DNA of 64,000 nucleotides from positions 19,488,661 to 19,552,660 of the forward strand of contig NC_057749.1 in the NCBI RefSeq assembly GCF_004010195.1, read 5' to 3'. The position numbers and the translations under genes were made by a program. Numbering within the stretch: the first letter of the stretch is position 1; each line of letters starts with the position of its first letter. Positions 38,906 through 53,639 of this stretch are shown here, piece by piece. Source of the stretch: Chiloscyllium plagiosum. Taxonomy: Eukaryota. The notes beneath the pieces are model-generated. The model made no database searches. It saw only the letters and a program-made list of their open reading frames with translations, and was not told where the DNA came from.

Positions 38906-40854
38906 TCAAAGACAATGAACATTTGATCTGTTGAGGTGGTAAATTCTGGGTGGATTGACCAAAGTTAGGGAGAAAATTGCCTTCCAACTCATTTTATAAC
39001 ACACTTCAGCTCAATCTTGATGCCAAATGAATGACTGTCACATTTCCCTGTCCATGTCACCCATGCTACACCGGCTCTCAGTCATGTTTTGGTTTTAGAA
39101 TTCTCGTTCTGGTTTCCAAGTTCCTCCATGGCCTTCCTCCCAATTCTAATCTCATCCAATCACATCCACATCCCTCTGACATACAGCAAGTTGTCGCAGA
39201 ATGCTGTAGTTGCATTTTTGAAAAGCACAACCCCATATAATTTAAAGTTTCCTATTAAACCAAACTGAAGAATTGCAGGCAGATTCTATAGAACCTTTCA
39301 CGGCAGAGCAAACAAAAGTGCAGTACCATTTCCTGTAAGCAGAGGTACTTTGTTTCACTGCTAAATTACTGCATTCGTAAAGAAATAAACTTTAAAAATG
39401 GAAGAGGAATTTACTCTTTCGACTTGCATCCTGCTAACGGACTCTCTTGTTCCCACCAACCCACTTGCTGAACTTCCATCTTTCCTGCTTGCCACTTCCA
39501 TCTCCCAAACTCTCTTGATAAGAAGGCAAAGAGGGGCAAAAGACAGGAAAAGCAGTTTCAATTTGCAGAAGATGCGATGCAAGCTGCAGACGCTATGAGC
39601 AAGAGGGATAGTGGCTTTAGTGAGTAGGAGAGGTCACAAGCTGGAAGGTTAGTGAGGGAGGGGCCATCAGAAAGTGGGAGAGGCCAATGGGTTGGCAAGA
39701 GGGTAGGTCAGGGAACAGAAGAGGCTCCAAACCAGCAGGTCAGCAGATGAAGGAAATGAGGAAATTGAAGAGGCGCAGCACTATGTCAGACACAGCACCA
39801 CATTAGATTCCTGATGCCAAATGGAAGTGAATTATATTGAAGCAAACCAACTTAACACAGGATCTGGTGTGCTGTACCTCTCTGACTAAGTTATGGATCG
39901 CCAACTAACAGCAAAACAAAACAGCACCATGTGTAGTACTGTGTCGTTCTTTATTTTGTAATGCACCCATGACACACCCTGGGATATTTCATTCTATTGA
40001 AGGCACTATGTAAGTTGTACAATTTATCATCTCCCCAGGTACAAAGGACTGACAGCCATAAGATTTTCTTGGTAGTCTTTGCTTTTCAAATTCAAACTGG
40101 ATAATTCTGCAAATATTCAATATAGTTGCAGTTAATTTGCATCACCATCTTCCATTAATCTTCACAAAGTATTGAATAAAACAGCAAAAGGTCACTGAAT
40201 CACTGATTTTTTTTTGTGATAAAAGGAGTTAGAAATCTGAACAATCCCTACCTTCAGGTGGGTTAGGAAAATGTGAATTTTTTTGCTATGCTCTGAAACA
40301 TTTTCAGAGACAATGGGTTTAAGTAGAACTGGCAAACCCCTGCTTGTCTCATCCAAAGTAAGGCCACATGCAGTCTGTGAGGCAGCAATCATTTCACAGC
40401 ATAACCACAGCCAATCTTTGCACTCAGCACACGTCTCCTGCCATACATACGCAACACACCAACACCAGTGCCTCAGTTTTTTTCTAATTAGAATCATAGA
40501 AATTGATCTGTATCAGCTACAAAGAAACGCACGTCTAGTTTATTCAGATCTCGAAGTAATGAATGTTCCCAAATCAAAGGCAAGGCAGCTTTTTAAAACA
40601 CACTTCCACATTCAGCTTGAGGAGCCCCTGCACCACCAAATGGTTTGAAGCAGTTGCCAAGGCAACCAAGTAACCACTCAGCAGTCAATAATTAGGCTGA
40701 TTCTGAGAAATGTGGCTCTCATCACATCCAACCCTGCTCTCAGCCAATCACACAATCCTGACAATTCTAAATACTGGATGGGGAAACCTTGTACAAGATC
40801 AATCTATCCTCATCAAGATTTCTGTGTCGCCATTGTTTTACCAGACCATATGTG

Positions 40855-40943
40855 TGAGAGAGAGAGACACAGACAGAGACACAGACAGAGACACAGACAG
40901 AGACACAGACAGAGACACAGACAGAGACAGAGAGACAGACAGA
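40855..40943. repeat. Compound microsatellite (GA)n plus (GAGACACAGACA)n inside a family Y SINE
   Basis: Read directly; about five 12-mer units. Confidence 0.95.
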
Positions 40944-41319
40944 AATGACTGGTGGTGATTTAACCTGAGGGCCACCATACCTTCTCAACCTCTCCCCTGA
41001 CCCAAGCTGAGTCCTTCATGGTAATCTCAGCTAGTGATCAGAACTGAACCCACGCTATTGGCATCACAGTGCTTCGCAGACCAACCGTCCAGGCAACTGA
41101 GCTAAACCATCAAGGTTAGTCACTGTAACATGCACAAAATGCGATAAGTTTATATGACCAAGGTTGGGTGAACTAGTCTGGAGGAAAAAACAAGTCACAT
41201 AATAACCTAAAGTGCTTGGCATTAACACAAACCAACTGCAAATATGATTCAGCCTCAAGCTAGTGAAAGTCATTGCAGATGAACAGCCTTGTCCATGGTT
41301 GCACATAGTAATGTAAACA

Positions 41320-41522
41320 TAAAGTCGCCATAATCCTACCAGGCCATGGGGCTGCTCTCCCATTAGAGAAGTGGTTTAATGAGAGGGTCACCAAGCCTCA
41401 GGTGAGACAAGAGGTTGAGAAGGACTGTCCTTCATGGTAACTTTAGCCAGTGTGGAAATTGAACCCATGCTGTTGGTGTTATTTTGCATCACAGATAATC
41501 CATTCCACGAAGTGAGCTAACC
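41320..41522 (-). mobile_element. tRNA-derived SINE family Y
   Basis: Reverse complement GGTTAGCTCAC...GGGTTCAATTTC (A and B boxes); homologous to 22710-22918. Confidence 0.7.
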
Positions 41523-42469
41523 CTACCTGTGGACCAAGAGGCCCAGGTTCAAGTCCCAGTTGCCCCAGATGAATGTCATCACATGTCCAAACAGATGGAT
41601 TAAAATAACTAGAACTCTATCCTTCTAATTGAACTGGATGACCAAGTAAAAGAATACCTACAGATCATATCCAGTCAGAGAAATCTTGTTTTACTCCATG
41701 GGGAAAAAATTGTCTTCCTTCCAAACACAAAAATCTCAATACCTATAAAGTTAAGCTTAAATTTGAACAACTGAGTGAATGTCTCCTGTAAGCATGCAAG
41801 GAATGCCATTCCTCACTCCAAATTACTTTTCGACTTTGAACACTGCTGTTTATGTCACGACACCAGCTGTATAGTACTGGATGACTGTCTCCTGACTGCT
41901 ATGGTATGCAACTATATTACAGACATGACAACATGCAAGATCACTTCCCATCCTCAGCACTGACACTACACGCAATTTCAGCAGCGGCAAGTGGGAAAAC
42001 AAATATATAGATTTAGTATAAGAGGCCAATCTGCACTCAGTGGGTTAACAGGTCAGTCTGAGGACATCTGAAGGTTAAGAACAAAAGGAATTATGTCACA
42101 ATGGTGAAGGATCAGACAAGCAGAGTTTTAGAAGCACTTTAAATAGTTTAGTTCTTACTGGGCAGAAAGCTGAAAGATAAATGGAAGATACTGGGACTTC
42201 TGCTTATGGAAATACACTGCATTTTTGATTTGTAGCTGCCAAATTTGAAACATTTTTAATAAATCACATGGGCTTCAGTGACAGGCACTTGGGCTCCTAT
42301 CGACAGAGGTGTCCCAGCAACATCTGTAATCCCAGCTACCACCATCTTACTGAGTCCAAAAACAGTGAAACCTTACTCTCAGCCACTTCTCTAAAGGATC
42401 CTGAAAGGAAGAGTTGGCTCACCGTGGATGAGTCAAGTTTGAGGTTGAGCTGCAGATCACAACTGACTC

Positions 42470-42845
42470 ACCCTAGTCACAAGGTCATGGATTCAGAGAC
42501 TCGACCACGATTTAGGCTGACACACACTTGTATAGTGCTGATGGAATGCTACACTGTAGGCAGCCCCATCTATTGGATGGAAATTATTAAACTTAGGCCC
42601 TAATTGCCAACTTGGATCGGCAAAATATTCCAGAATCCTCGCTTGAAGAACAGGGAAGTTCTCCCCTGCAACAGACCAATATTTATCCTTCAACCACCAT
42701 CTACACAGACAGACGACCTTATAATTATCTCAATTATCACAATGCTGTTTGCAGGACCTTGCAGCCCACAAATTATCTGATACAATTTCCCACATCACAA
42801 CTGTGACTACTTTGTTGGTTGTGAAATACTTGTAAAAAGCATTTC
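42470..42845 (+). mobile_element. Deu-domain SINE (SacSINE1/AmnSINE1-like), degenerate
   Basis: GGCTGACAC...GTGCTGATGGAATGCTACACTG...GAAGAACAGGGAAGTTCTCCCC...CCAATATTTATCCTTCAACCA resembles the Deu-SINE consensus as I recall it. Confidence 0.65.
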
Positions 42846-45800
42846 TCTGAATCTGGGGTTCCTGCAGCGCACAGATTGACAGGGTGGAAGGAATTCAGTG
42901 CTGAATGTGTAGCAAACAGACACTTGCACCCCAAATCAGGAATGGTGCTATAAATTTGAGTTCGAAGTTTTTGTATTTCCTGTGAAACAGGCAATACTAG
43001 AGGGCGCTCGGCATTTTCAGAAACAATTCCGAAACTAATAAGTCTCCACAATCATCTGGCAAGAGGAAGACTCGCTTCATTTTCAAGTTGTACACAGTGC
43101 AGTGTTGTCAAAGACTGGAACCTCGCCCTCAGCTTGAGCAATGCCAGCACATGAACTATTTCCATCCATCAGATCTGAATAAGGCCAAAACCTTAGGAAT
43201 GAAACAAGATGACATGTTTACTTTGATAGATGGCAGCACCTGAAACCAATCCATTAATGGAGCATGGCACTACACCCATAGATTCCTGATCTTGGCCCCA
43301 TTACCACGAATGACAGAGGGAGGTGCTCAGAGGAAGAGATAAGAATAGGTGCATCCACACAACCAATATCCCCCAGGCGACTCGTAGTGGCTAATTCCAA
43401 TTAGAGGTTGGCTGTGGTGCAAATCATATGCCCCCTTAATCCACAAGCTGGGGAGTGAGGGAAGGGCCAGTAGGCAGAAGATGATGTGTACTGCTCGAGT
43501 CCACATAGTTCACAAGACATGTTAAAAATTGATGCATTTTCCCCCCAAAAGCCCCCAACCAGAGATGGCTTTTATTTAGAAACAGTTGACCAAAGGACTT
43601 GTCTCCACCTAAATGAAGGTCCTTCAGCCTATTGTATGTGTTAGAGGTACATCCTGCCTAAGAAAGAGGCCCCAGCTGCCAATGATGGAACATATCTTGC
43701 TCAATCCTCCCGCCTTATACACAGAAAACAAAATAATTTAGCCCAATCAATCCATCAGTGTTTTCATTCAACATGAGCAAATAGGTGATTGCCATTTGGC
43801 CTGTTCTGTCTGTGCTGGCCCTTTGACAGCGCTCACATATGCTTCCACTTCTGTTTCACTATAGCCATGTATCATACTGATCTGCCCAATCCTATCACTG
43901 AAACTGGACGATAAAATATCCTCAACTTCAACTGTTTCTAAATTAACAGGACCAAATGAACTTATTTATTGAGCTTAATAAATTTTTCATCCAAAACCTA
44001 GCTGCCTGCAACCCAATCTTGCACCAGGTCCCATTCAGGCCTCTGCTCCAAGTAACAGTAGCTCACAATCCAGCAACAATTGGATCATAAAGTTCTCATC
44101 CTTGTGAACCAAGTCTCACAAAGCCTCACCCCTCCCATCTCTAATCTCTTCCATGCTAACAATCCTCACAGAATGCTACATTCCTCCAATTCTAGACTTT
44201 TGGTGCGTTGATGATTTCCTTTGACCCTTTCACTGGTGACTGACACTCTGAAAATCCCTCCACAAATTAATCTGCCTCCGACTCTCCTCCTCTAAAAATT
44301 CTCCTTGAAACTACTTCAGTCAATTGTCCTAAAATCCCATTACACAGGCGCCAACTTTTGTTACTCAGCGAAGCGCATTTTACCACCTTAAAGCCAAAGT
44401 TATTACACACAAAATGATTACTGCCCTTGGAGTTCAAAAAAGACAGTGGATGCACAGACTCAAAACAACAAATATCAACAAGTGGTTATGCAGTCCCAGC
44501 TTGGGGACACAGTCAGAGACAGTCAGGATACTGGAAATTGTTGCATAACAGACAGAGGCTGTTCGTTAACACTCTACATGGACAGAGACGTTGACATCAA
44601 TACTTTTAAAAAATTACCAAAGCTTTAAGTGTCAGGGCTCCCCAGCACGTTTCCTCTCGCTCATCAATCAGGCTTGACACCACACCACTTCAAAGTTTCC
44701 GAATATCTGTGTGGCACTTGCATGGCTGATCTTCACCAGACTCTACCTTGCCAGACAGTAACAGACTCAGAATATGACACTCTTCCTTTCTAATTATCTG
44801 CCCTACCAGTAAAGTTGCAGACAGAATATCAAGTGTCAAATAGTAATACAGAAACTTGAGAAAATGAAACTCAGCTAGAAATGAAAAGGACTACGGGATA
44901 TCCATTATGAAGGATTTTTAATCATGCAAAATGGAAAAGCAATTATGGGTACTGAGTTAATGTTAGGGGACTATTCAACAAGGCGAAGCAAAGAACTAAT
45001 TGTTTTTGAACAGATTATGAAACTCCTACAGCCATTGCGAAAGGAGAAAAATCTACAATAGTTTACGAAAGGATACTGAACCGACATTTGGAAACAGGAA
45101 AATCTTCAAAGTCAAGATGAAATGGCAGCACTACAAGTGTTAGGATGCAGCCCCTTCAAAAGGTGACTGATCAAACAGACACCTCTCCTCTGCTGTAATA
45201 TTCTATTATTCCATGATAGTTCTTCATAAATTAGTAATGTGAAAATTTACTGCATTGCCTAATATCTCAGTTCAGATTAAATTCTCATCATGTAATCAAT
45301 CTTTGAGGATTCAGAACTAATGTATATTTATTTTAGACCTATTTATAGCTAAGCAGGTAAAATTGCAACTATTTGCGGCTTCCAGGAGCAACCTATTCAA
45401 CTCACGCAATGGTCAGATTAAGCTTTTTTAAAAACCTCATCAATTTTTGGGAAAAATTCATAACATCACCATATTACACGGGTGTTGTCTCAAACTCTCA
45501 CTTTAAAATGTCCCACACCTCTGACATGAGATTACTTAATAGCTTTTGTTTCATCGTATTTTCAGTTCAAAAGTTGATTACATCCCATTATTTCTTGCAA
45601 ATTCCAGCCCCGAACCAAGCAAATGCCACTGACATGCTTAGGAAGGTTCACAATATTTCAGTGGGACCAAGTTACAAGGGAAGAAGGGTACTGATTCTAC
45701 AAGAGGTAAATGGCACAGCACTGCCAGAAGCAGTCATGAAGTCAGGTAATGAATGCAACAGACTAAGATTAAACGAAGTCAAAATTGAACTTCAAAACAA

Positions 45801-46429
45801 GTCATGGAAATATGTAAAATCGAAACCTCGAAACAATCACTGAATATCCAGTTTGAGCTTATAGTCAGAAAAAATGCAGCAATAAATATTTGAGATCATA
45901 CCCCCACATTATACAGATAACGGAGGGCAAATTCCCATAACAAAATAAAGAAAATCTTATATCAGATTACAGAAACAACGCAAAGTTGCACACTGCAGGT
46001 TCTTTCTGATTATTAACTTTGTTAGATGAATCAATCACTGGGCTAAAAGGACAGAGCACACTGCCCAGCCCTACAAAACTCTCATTAGCACAATGGGAGG
46101 GTCCAATAGAGATGTCTGTTAGAGAGAAGGCAAAAATATCCAGTACATAGGGGTGAGAGACAATCTAGAAAAGGCACAAATCTTCTTAGTGGATAATGTA
46201 CTTGAGGTATGGGGCTGGATAATGTTCATGTGTGAACAGGGTGGGGAGGTTGGAAGAGACAGTCAAGGTGCAAAGGAGAGGCAGTCAAGGAGGATGTTAA
46301 GAGGTAAAGGTGGGTGTGCACTTACATACCACTTACATACCACTTCATGCAACTAAACTATCCCAGGTTGAATTTCAGACTTACAGCCGCATAACACTTC
46401 CCAACCTCTCACTGAGAAGGTTCACCTGC

Positions 46430-47400
<971 letters not shown>

Positions 47401-48039
47401 CTTTTATCAAGGCATCTAGGCTGATTGAGAGGTGATGGACTCAAAGAAGTTTCACCAGTCACACAGAAATAAATTGTAAGCTAAGAAAACAGTAAATGTG
47501 CTAGTATTTACAGAGGTATTTTAATTAGTCTGACAAGTTTTCGTACCAAATCCTTACTTTTTGTTATTTATTCACAGGATCTGGGCATCACCAGCGAGGA
47601 TATTCCACTTCTGGAATACACTTTCTGCAGAATGGAGGCAGGTTCAAAAGGAGATTTAGATGGTTCTCTGAAAATGAACAGCGTTACAGGGTTATGGAGT
47701 AAGGGAAGCAGAGTGAAACTAATTGAAATGCTTATTCGGAGAGCAGTAGAGGCATGAAGGGCTGAATGGACGACATTGTAACAATTCTGTTATTTGTTGC
47801 CGATCCCTAATTGGTCCTTGAGAAACTGGTTATTGAACCACTGCGGTCTCTGTGGTGTATGTACACCAAAACGCTCTATGGGAGGGACTTTCAGGACCAA
47901 CAAAGGAACTTTCCATTAGATAGAGTGCAGCTTTTAAAGGAAATTTCATATGGATTTCCCATGTTCTCGTTTAGATCGTAGAGGCTGTACGTTTGGCAGG
48001 CTACACTACGATCTTGTGCATGGAAGCACTGCTCAATTT

Positions 48040-48500
48040 TAGTTATTCATTTTTTTGGTGGGATGTGGGCATTTATTGCCCATCCCTAGTTTTCCTTCAG
48101 AAGGTGGTGGTGAGCTGCCTTCTGAACCACTGCTGTAGTTAGCCCACAAAGCCATTAGGGAGGGAATTCCAGGATTTTGATCCAGCAACAATGAAGAAAC
48201 AGTGATATATTTCCAAGTCAGGATGGCAAGTGACTTTGAGGGGAACTTGAAGGTGGTGGTGTTCTCATATATCTGCTGTGCTTGTCTTTCTAGATGGAAG
48301 CGATCGGGGGGGGGGGGGGGGGGGGGTTGGAAGGTGCTGTTTATTGGTGATGGTCATAGCCTGGCATTTGTGTGACATGAATATTACTTGTCACCCCAAG
48401 CCTGGATATTGTCCAGATCTTATTGCATTTGGAAACAGACTGCAAAGTATCTGAGGAGTTGCAAATGGTGCTGAACATTGTGTAATCATTGGTGAATGTC
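48040..48500 (-). mobile_element. 3' and internal fragments of the CR1/L2-type LINE, with a poly-G run at 48306-48326
   Basis: Reverse complement of the 52860-53205 tail (TTTATTGCCCATCCCTAG...GAAGGTGGTGGTGAGCTGCC). Confidence 0.8.
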
Positions 48501-49051
48501 GGCGATATTTGTTTCTATCTGTTTTATTTAATATTTAAATTTCCTGTGCTTAACCTGAACATGCTATGTATGAATTTGGAAGTGTCAAAGACCCCATCTG
48601 CTCTTTGAACTGTTTCTTTGTGTGAAAATACTCTTCTAATTCCTTTTGGTCTGTCTCTTTTCTGAAGACAGTGACTCAAACAGGGTATAATTCACTTCGT
48701 ATTAGCAATCTTTCACGTTTTTGCCCTTATTCATTTTAGAACAAGGTGAAATATTAGTGAAAGTGTTGAAGTTTTTGAAGCAGAAAACAGAGAATGCTCT
48801 CCATCAGAGTCAAAAATATACAATTAAGGATTTGGGAAAAAAGGGCTCATCCTACTAGGTTGACCATCGTTCCAATGCTTGCTACTTTGCTCTCTAGAAG
48901 AGATCTCTGTAGCTTCTCAGCTCTTACCAAATGGCCAAAATACAGAGGTTTCTTTTGTGGGTGTCACTTTTTAAGAATTCTTTTTACTCTTGCAATTTCC
49001 AGTACCTCTGCAATATTTTACGGTCATGCCAGTGAAGAGCTGATATTCAGA

Positions 49052-49237
49052 AAAACCAAAGAACTGTAGATGCTGAAAATCAGAAACAAAAGCAAAATGT
49101 TGGAAAGATTCAGCAGATCTGGCAGTGTCTGTGGAGAGAAGGCAGAGGCAACGTTTCAGGTCCAGGGACCCTCCTTCAGAATGGTTCTGAAGAAGGGTCG
49201 TTGGAGTCAAAATGTTAACTCTGTTTTCTCTCCACAA
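49052..49237. mobile_element. Penelope-derived family B palindrome
   Basis: Centre CCTTCAGAATGGTTCTGAAGAAGGGTC; inverted arms. Confidence 0.75.
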
Positions 49238-49668
49238 GAGTTAATATCCTCCAAGGCATTTGAAGAACTGTTCTGATCTCCAAGTGAAACCATTGAATCT
49301 TTTATATCCTCTTGAAAGGACAGCTGGGGCATTTTCAATCATTAAGTTCTCATCTTGACCTCTGGAGTTCTTTCTAATGGAATACAGAATACTGTTTTGA
49401 CTTGGTATTGACTTGGTTGCAGTCACTCAGCCCTCATCATCTACTCAAGATATTTGTTTTGTCTGGGTATGCTCCTTAGCCTTCAACTCTCCTAAGGAAC
49501 TTAGGAACATGAATAGGCCATTCAGCCCATCAAGACTGCTCCTCTATTCAATTAGATCATGACTGATCAACTTATCTCATTGCCATCCTGTACTAGTCCC
49601 ATGTCCCAAGATGCCATTAGTCTCCAGAAATCTATTGATTTCTATTTTGAACCTGCTTAATGATTGAG

Positions 49669-49893
49669 ATAAAAACTGAAAGAACTGCAGATACTGTAAA
49701 TCAGAAAAAAAACCAGAAGGTGCTGGAAAAGCTGAGCAGATCTGGTTGCACCTGTGCAGAGAAATCGGGCTTAACATTTCAGGTTCGGTGACCCTTCCTC
49801 CGAACTGAGGAAAGGTCACCAGACCCAAAACATTAAGCCTAATTTCTCTTCACAGGTGCGGCCAGATCTGCTCAGCTTTTCCAGCAACCTCTA
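49669..49893. mobile_element. Penelope-derived family B palindrome
   Basis: 12 bp direct repeat TTAATGATTGAG at 49657-49668 and 49894-49905; inverted arms centred at ~49803. Confidence 0.8.
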
Positions 49894-49914
49894 TTAATGA
49901 TTGAGCTCTCAGCT

Positions 49915-50317
49915 CTTTTTTTCACTGGAGCAAAGGCGTTTGAGAGGTGATTTTATAAGTGGTTTATAAAATATTAAGGGATATAGATAAGGTGAATGGC
50001 AAGTGTCTTTTCCCGAGGATGGGGGATTTTCAAGACTAGTGGGGCATATTTTTAAGGTGAGGGGAGAAAGATTTGAAAACAAGAGAGGCAATTGTTTTAC
50101 GCAGAGAGTGATTCGTGTGTGGAATGAACTTCCACAAGAAGTGGTGGATGACAGTCACAACATTTAAAAGACATTTAGATATGTACATGAATAAAAAATG
50201 TTTTGGGGGATATGAGTCAGGCACAGGCAGGTGGGACTAATTTAGTTTGGGATTTTGGTCAACATGGACTGGTTGGATGGAAGGGTCTATTTCTGTGCTG
50301 TATTTCTCTATGATTCT
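49915..50317 (+). mobile_element. CR1 3' fragment
   Basis: Homologous to 56360-56762. Confidence 0.88.
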
Positions 50318-50402
50318 GAATGAAGAAATTCCTCTTTGTTTCAGTCTTAAGTTACTTGCCCCTTATCCTGAGACCATTCGCCATAGTTTATAACACACCA
50401 GC

Positions 50403-50608
50403 CAGGGCTGTGTTGCGTGCCTAGTGCCTGGGTTCAGGATATCTCATCTGGGCTGCAGAGGAACTTGGAGTGGGAAGGGAAAGTTCCAGTTTTCATGGTC
50501 CATGTTAGTAACAACGTTATAGGTAGAAAGAGGAAAGAGATTCTGCTGAGGGAATATGTGCAGCTAGGGGCTAAATTAAAACGCAGAACCAAAATGACAA
50601 TAATCTGA
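50403..50608 (+). mobile_element. CR1 ORF1 esterase (SGNH-like) domain fragment
   Basis: CCVPSAWVQDISSGLQRNLEWEGKVPVFMVHVSNNVIGRKRKEILLREYVQLGAKLK resembles the C.PGA...VVHVGTND motif of CR1 ORF1. Confidence 0.75.
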
Positions 50609-50682
50609 TATCACTGAGACGTGACTGCATGTGAATCAGAACTGGGATCCAAATGTCCAAGGATACACGTCCTATCAAAAGG

Positions 50683-51095
50683 ACAGGCAGAGGAGCTGAA
50701 TAGGTATATTGCATCAGTTTTCACAGCAGAAGACACCAGCAGAACACTAGAATTTCAAGAGACGGGGGCAGAGGTGAGTATTGTAGTCATCACCAAGGAG
50801 AAGAAACTGGGGAAGCTGAAAGATCTGAAGGTGGATAAATTACCCCGGAAGCCCAAAGGGGGAAGCAGAGGAGATTGTAGAGGCATTGGTGCTGATCTTT
50901 TAGGAATCATTAGAGTCAGGGAGCATCCCAGAGGAGTAGAAAATGGTGAATCTAACACCTAGTTTAAGAAGGGACAGAGGCAGAAGATTATAGGCTGGTT
51001 AACCTGACTTCAGTTGAGAAACATATCAGCCACGATCGAATGGAGGTACAGACTCAGTGGGCTGAATGATCTAATTCTGCTGCTATATCTTATGG
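50683..51095 (+). mobile_element. CR1 ORF2 fragment joined to a 3' tail
   Basis: AEELNRYIASVFTAED...LGKLKDLKVDK. Confidence 0.8.
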
Positions 51096-51711
51096 TGCCA
51101 TGACCCCACATAATTCTGAATCAAAAACATGTGGATGGCACTTGACAATTGAAACAAAGCTACTTTTTATTAACCAATTAGATGAGAATTTGAATGTCAC
51201 AAAGGGCCATTATTCATACTTTGAAGACTATTCTATGTTCACTGCTCCAGTGTTTTGACATTAGATTATCTTCCAAAGTCTTCTGTTTTGAACTTGCCAG
51301 TTAATATCCTCAGAATGGCTCACCATTCACAATCTCCACAGTCAGATTTTTAAGGACTACTTCAATCGATTCAGAACAAGACAAAGCCTTTCAATCTCTG
51401 GAGTGTGCTCTGCCAATCGGTGGCTGTGACTGTACCTGAATTCCATTTACTCGTTTTCTTTCGTGAATACAAAAATCTAACAAAAAATTGATCCATCTCA
51501 GTTTTTGCTTCATACCAAATCTCAGCATTTTGGGACAGAAAGCTCCTGATTTCCACCACCTTTTATAAGGAGCTTCCTGAATGGCCTTGTTGTAATTTTA
51601 ATTTTATTCTCTCTTGTTTTGGATTCCTCCCCCTACCCCGATCTGTAGATTGACTAACAAAGCAAAAAAAAACAGTGATCTTAAAAGCCTCCTGATCCTT
51701 AAAGCATACAG

Positions 51712-51982
51712 ATGAAAGTGAGTACTGCAGATGCTGGAGATTAGAGTCGAGAGAGTGGTGCTGGAAAGGCACAGCAGGTCAGGCAGCATCCGAGGAGCAG
51801 GAAAATCGATGTTTCGAGCAGAAGCCCTTCATCTGGATTTCCTGCTGTGCTCTTCCAGCACTGCACTCTCGACTTAATGTACAAGTCTAATCTCCTGAAG
51901 AAGGGCCTGTGCCCGAAACGTCGAATCTCCTGTTCCCTGGATGCTGCCTGACCTGCTGTGCTGTTCCAGCATTAAAATTTTA
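51712..51982. mobile_element. Two adjacent Penelope family A insertions (51712-51873 inverted; 51894-51982 on +)
   Basis: Second insert is flanked by 13 bp ACAAGTCTAATCT (51881-51893, 51983-51995) and begins at CCTGAAGAAGGGC. Confidence 0.8.
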
Positions 51983-52859
51983 ACAAGTCTAATCTATGCA
52001 ACATGGAATCACAGAATGGTTACAGTGTTGAAGAAGGCCATTTGGCCCATTGTTTCCATGCTGGTTCTCTGCATGAGCAACGAAGTGCCACTTGCTCACT
52101 TTTTCTCCACAGCCCTGAAAATGTTTCTTCTTGCCCTTGCCTCCACCACCATGCTCTGAGGCAACAGATTGGGAGATTCCAGGTCTTAGCCCCTGGAATT
52201 TTAAAAATGTCCTCATCATTTGATAGCTTAACCTGGGCATCATTTCAATTGAGTCGATTCTACACACCCTCCAAGGCCATTATTTATTGGATAGTAAGAG
52301 CAAATGTTAGACCTTTTTTAAAAAAAAAATTCAATAGCTAATCTTTCAGTTTTGAGGCCTGGCTTTTTTACTGTCATTCTTCCCCACCTGGGACTCTTGG
52401 GATCCTCTAGTTTTGACAGAACAGCTGACTGTACACCTTCCAGTCTAGTGATCTCCCACATGATTTGCTACTCGGCTCCAGTGAAAGATCAACTCTGAAA
52501 TTATTCCTGATGTTTGATAGAAAGATGACCGGTCGAATTAAATCCAGTTGGGAGTGGGAGTGGGTATTGTGTTCAGCAATATGTAAAGGGGGTAAGGCCA
52601 AATTACATTGATATAAACCCCAAATGGATGTTAAGGACAAAGCCGGATTACAAAGTGAAGATTCCTAGATTCATACAATGGTCACAGCAATGAAAGAGAC
52701 CATTGAGCCCATAATGTCCTTGCTACTTTTTGGCAAGATTAAATGACAGTGCTGCACACAGCACACCCTGCCTTTTCCTTATGATCCTCTACATTCTTCA
52801 TCTTCAGGTTGTTATCCAATAACCTTTTGAAATCCAATATTCCATCAGTAGCATCCAGT

Positions 52860-53205
52860 CCTGCCACCACTGACAGTTAGTAGCAGCAGTGTCTACAGGG
52901 TGCACTGCAAAACTTCACCTCTGACAGCGCCTTCCAAACCACAACCACTTCCATCTAAAAGGACAAGGGCAGCAGATATATGAGAACACCACCACCTTTA
53001 AGCCACTCACCATCCTGACTTGGAAATACATTGCCATTCCTTCATTGTAGCTGGGTAAAAATCCTGGAATTCTCTCCCTAGCGGCATTGAGGGTCAATCC
53101 ACAGCAGGTGGACTGCTCACCACCACCTTCTCAAGGGCAGCTAGGGTTGGGCAATAAATGCTTGCCAGCCAGCGATGCCCACATTCCACAGATTAATAAA
53201 GAAAA
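52860..53205 (+). mobile_element. CR1/L2-type LINE 3' end
   Basis: Homologous to 13300-13885; ends GGGCAATAAATGCT...GCCCACATTCC...AATAAA. Confidence 0.82.
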
Positions 53206-53317
53206 AGAAACATTCTTGGGCAGCATATCCTAATCACTCGCTGAATGAAGATATTTTCTTCCTCAAGTTTTTTTTAACCAATCACCTTAAATCAGTGCTC
53301 TCTGTTTTTCAGTTTTC

Positions 53318-53580
53318 TTTCATTCCTTCATGGGGTGTGGACATTGCTGGCTGCAGTTAATAGTTAATCACTTTACTGTGGGTCTGGGGTCACAAATAGG
53401 TGACACCAGGAAAGGACAGCAGTTTTCCTCCCTGAAGGACATTAGTGAGCCAGATGGGCTTTTATAATAATTGAAAAGATCACCATTAAACTAGCTTAGA
53501 ATTTCCTAGTTTCTTTAAAATCAAATTTCACCATCAATCATGGTGACATTCAAATCCTTGTCTCCCAGAACATTTCCTGA
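53318..53580 (-). mobile_element. Family X short element
   Basis: Reverse complement of 3385-3700 (CCCTGAAGGACATTAGTGAGCCAGATGGG). Confidence 0.65.
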
Positions 53581-53639
53581 GGTAATATTCACACACATAT
53601 AGGATGCAAAACCTATACAAGTGGGAACATTTTCTCCTG

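Noticed and set aside
40710..40988. ORFs with RDTD, RHRQ and VSVC repeats
   Set aside because: Translations of the microsatellite
43050..43135. Possible Penelope C-terminal remnant (KRKTRFIFKLYT)
   Set aside because: Too short and degenerate to support
45373..45843. 156 aa plus-strand ORF
   Set aside because: TTG start, no recognisable domain, antisense within the SNX27 intron, partly CR1-like; probably chance
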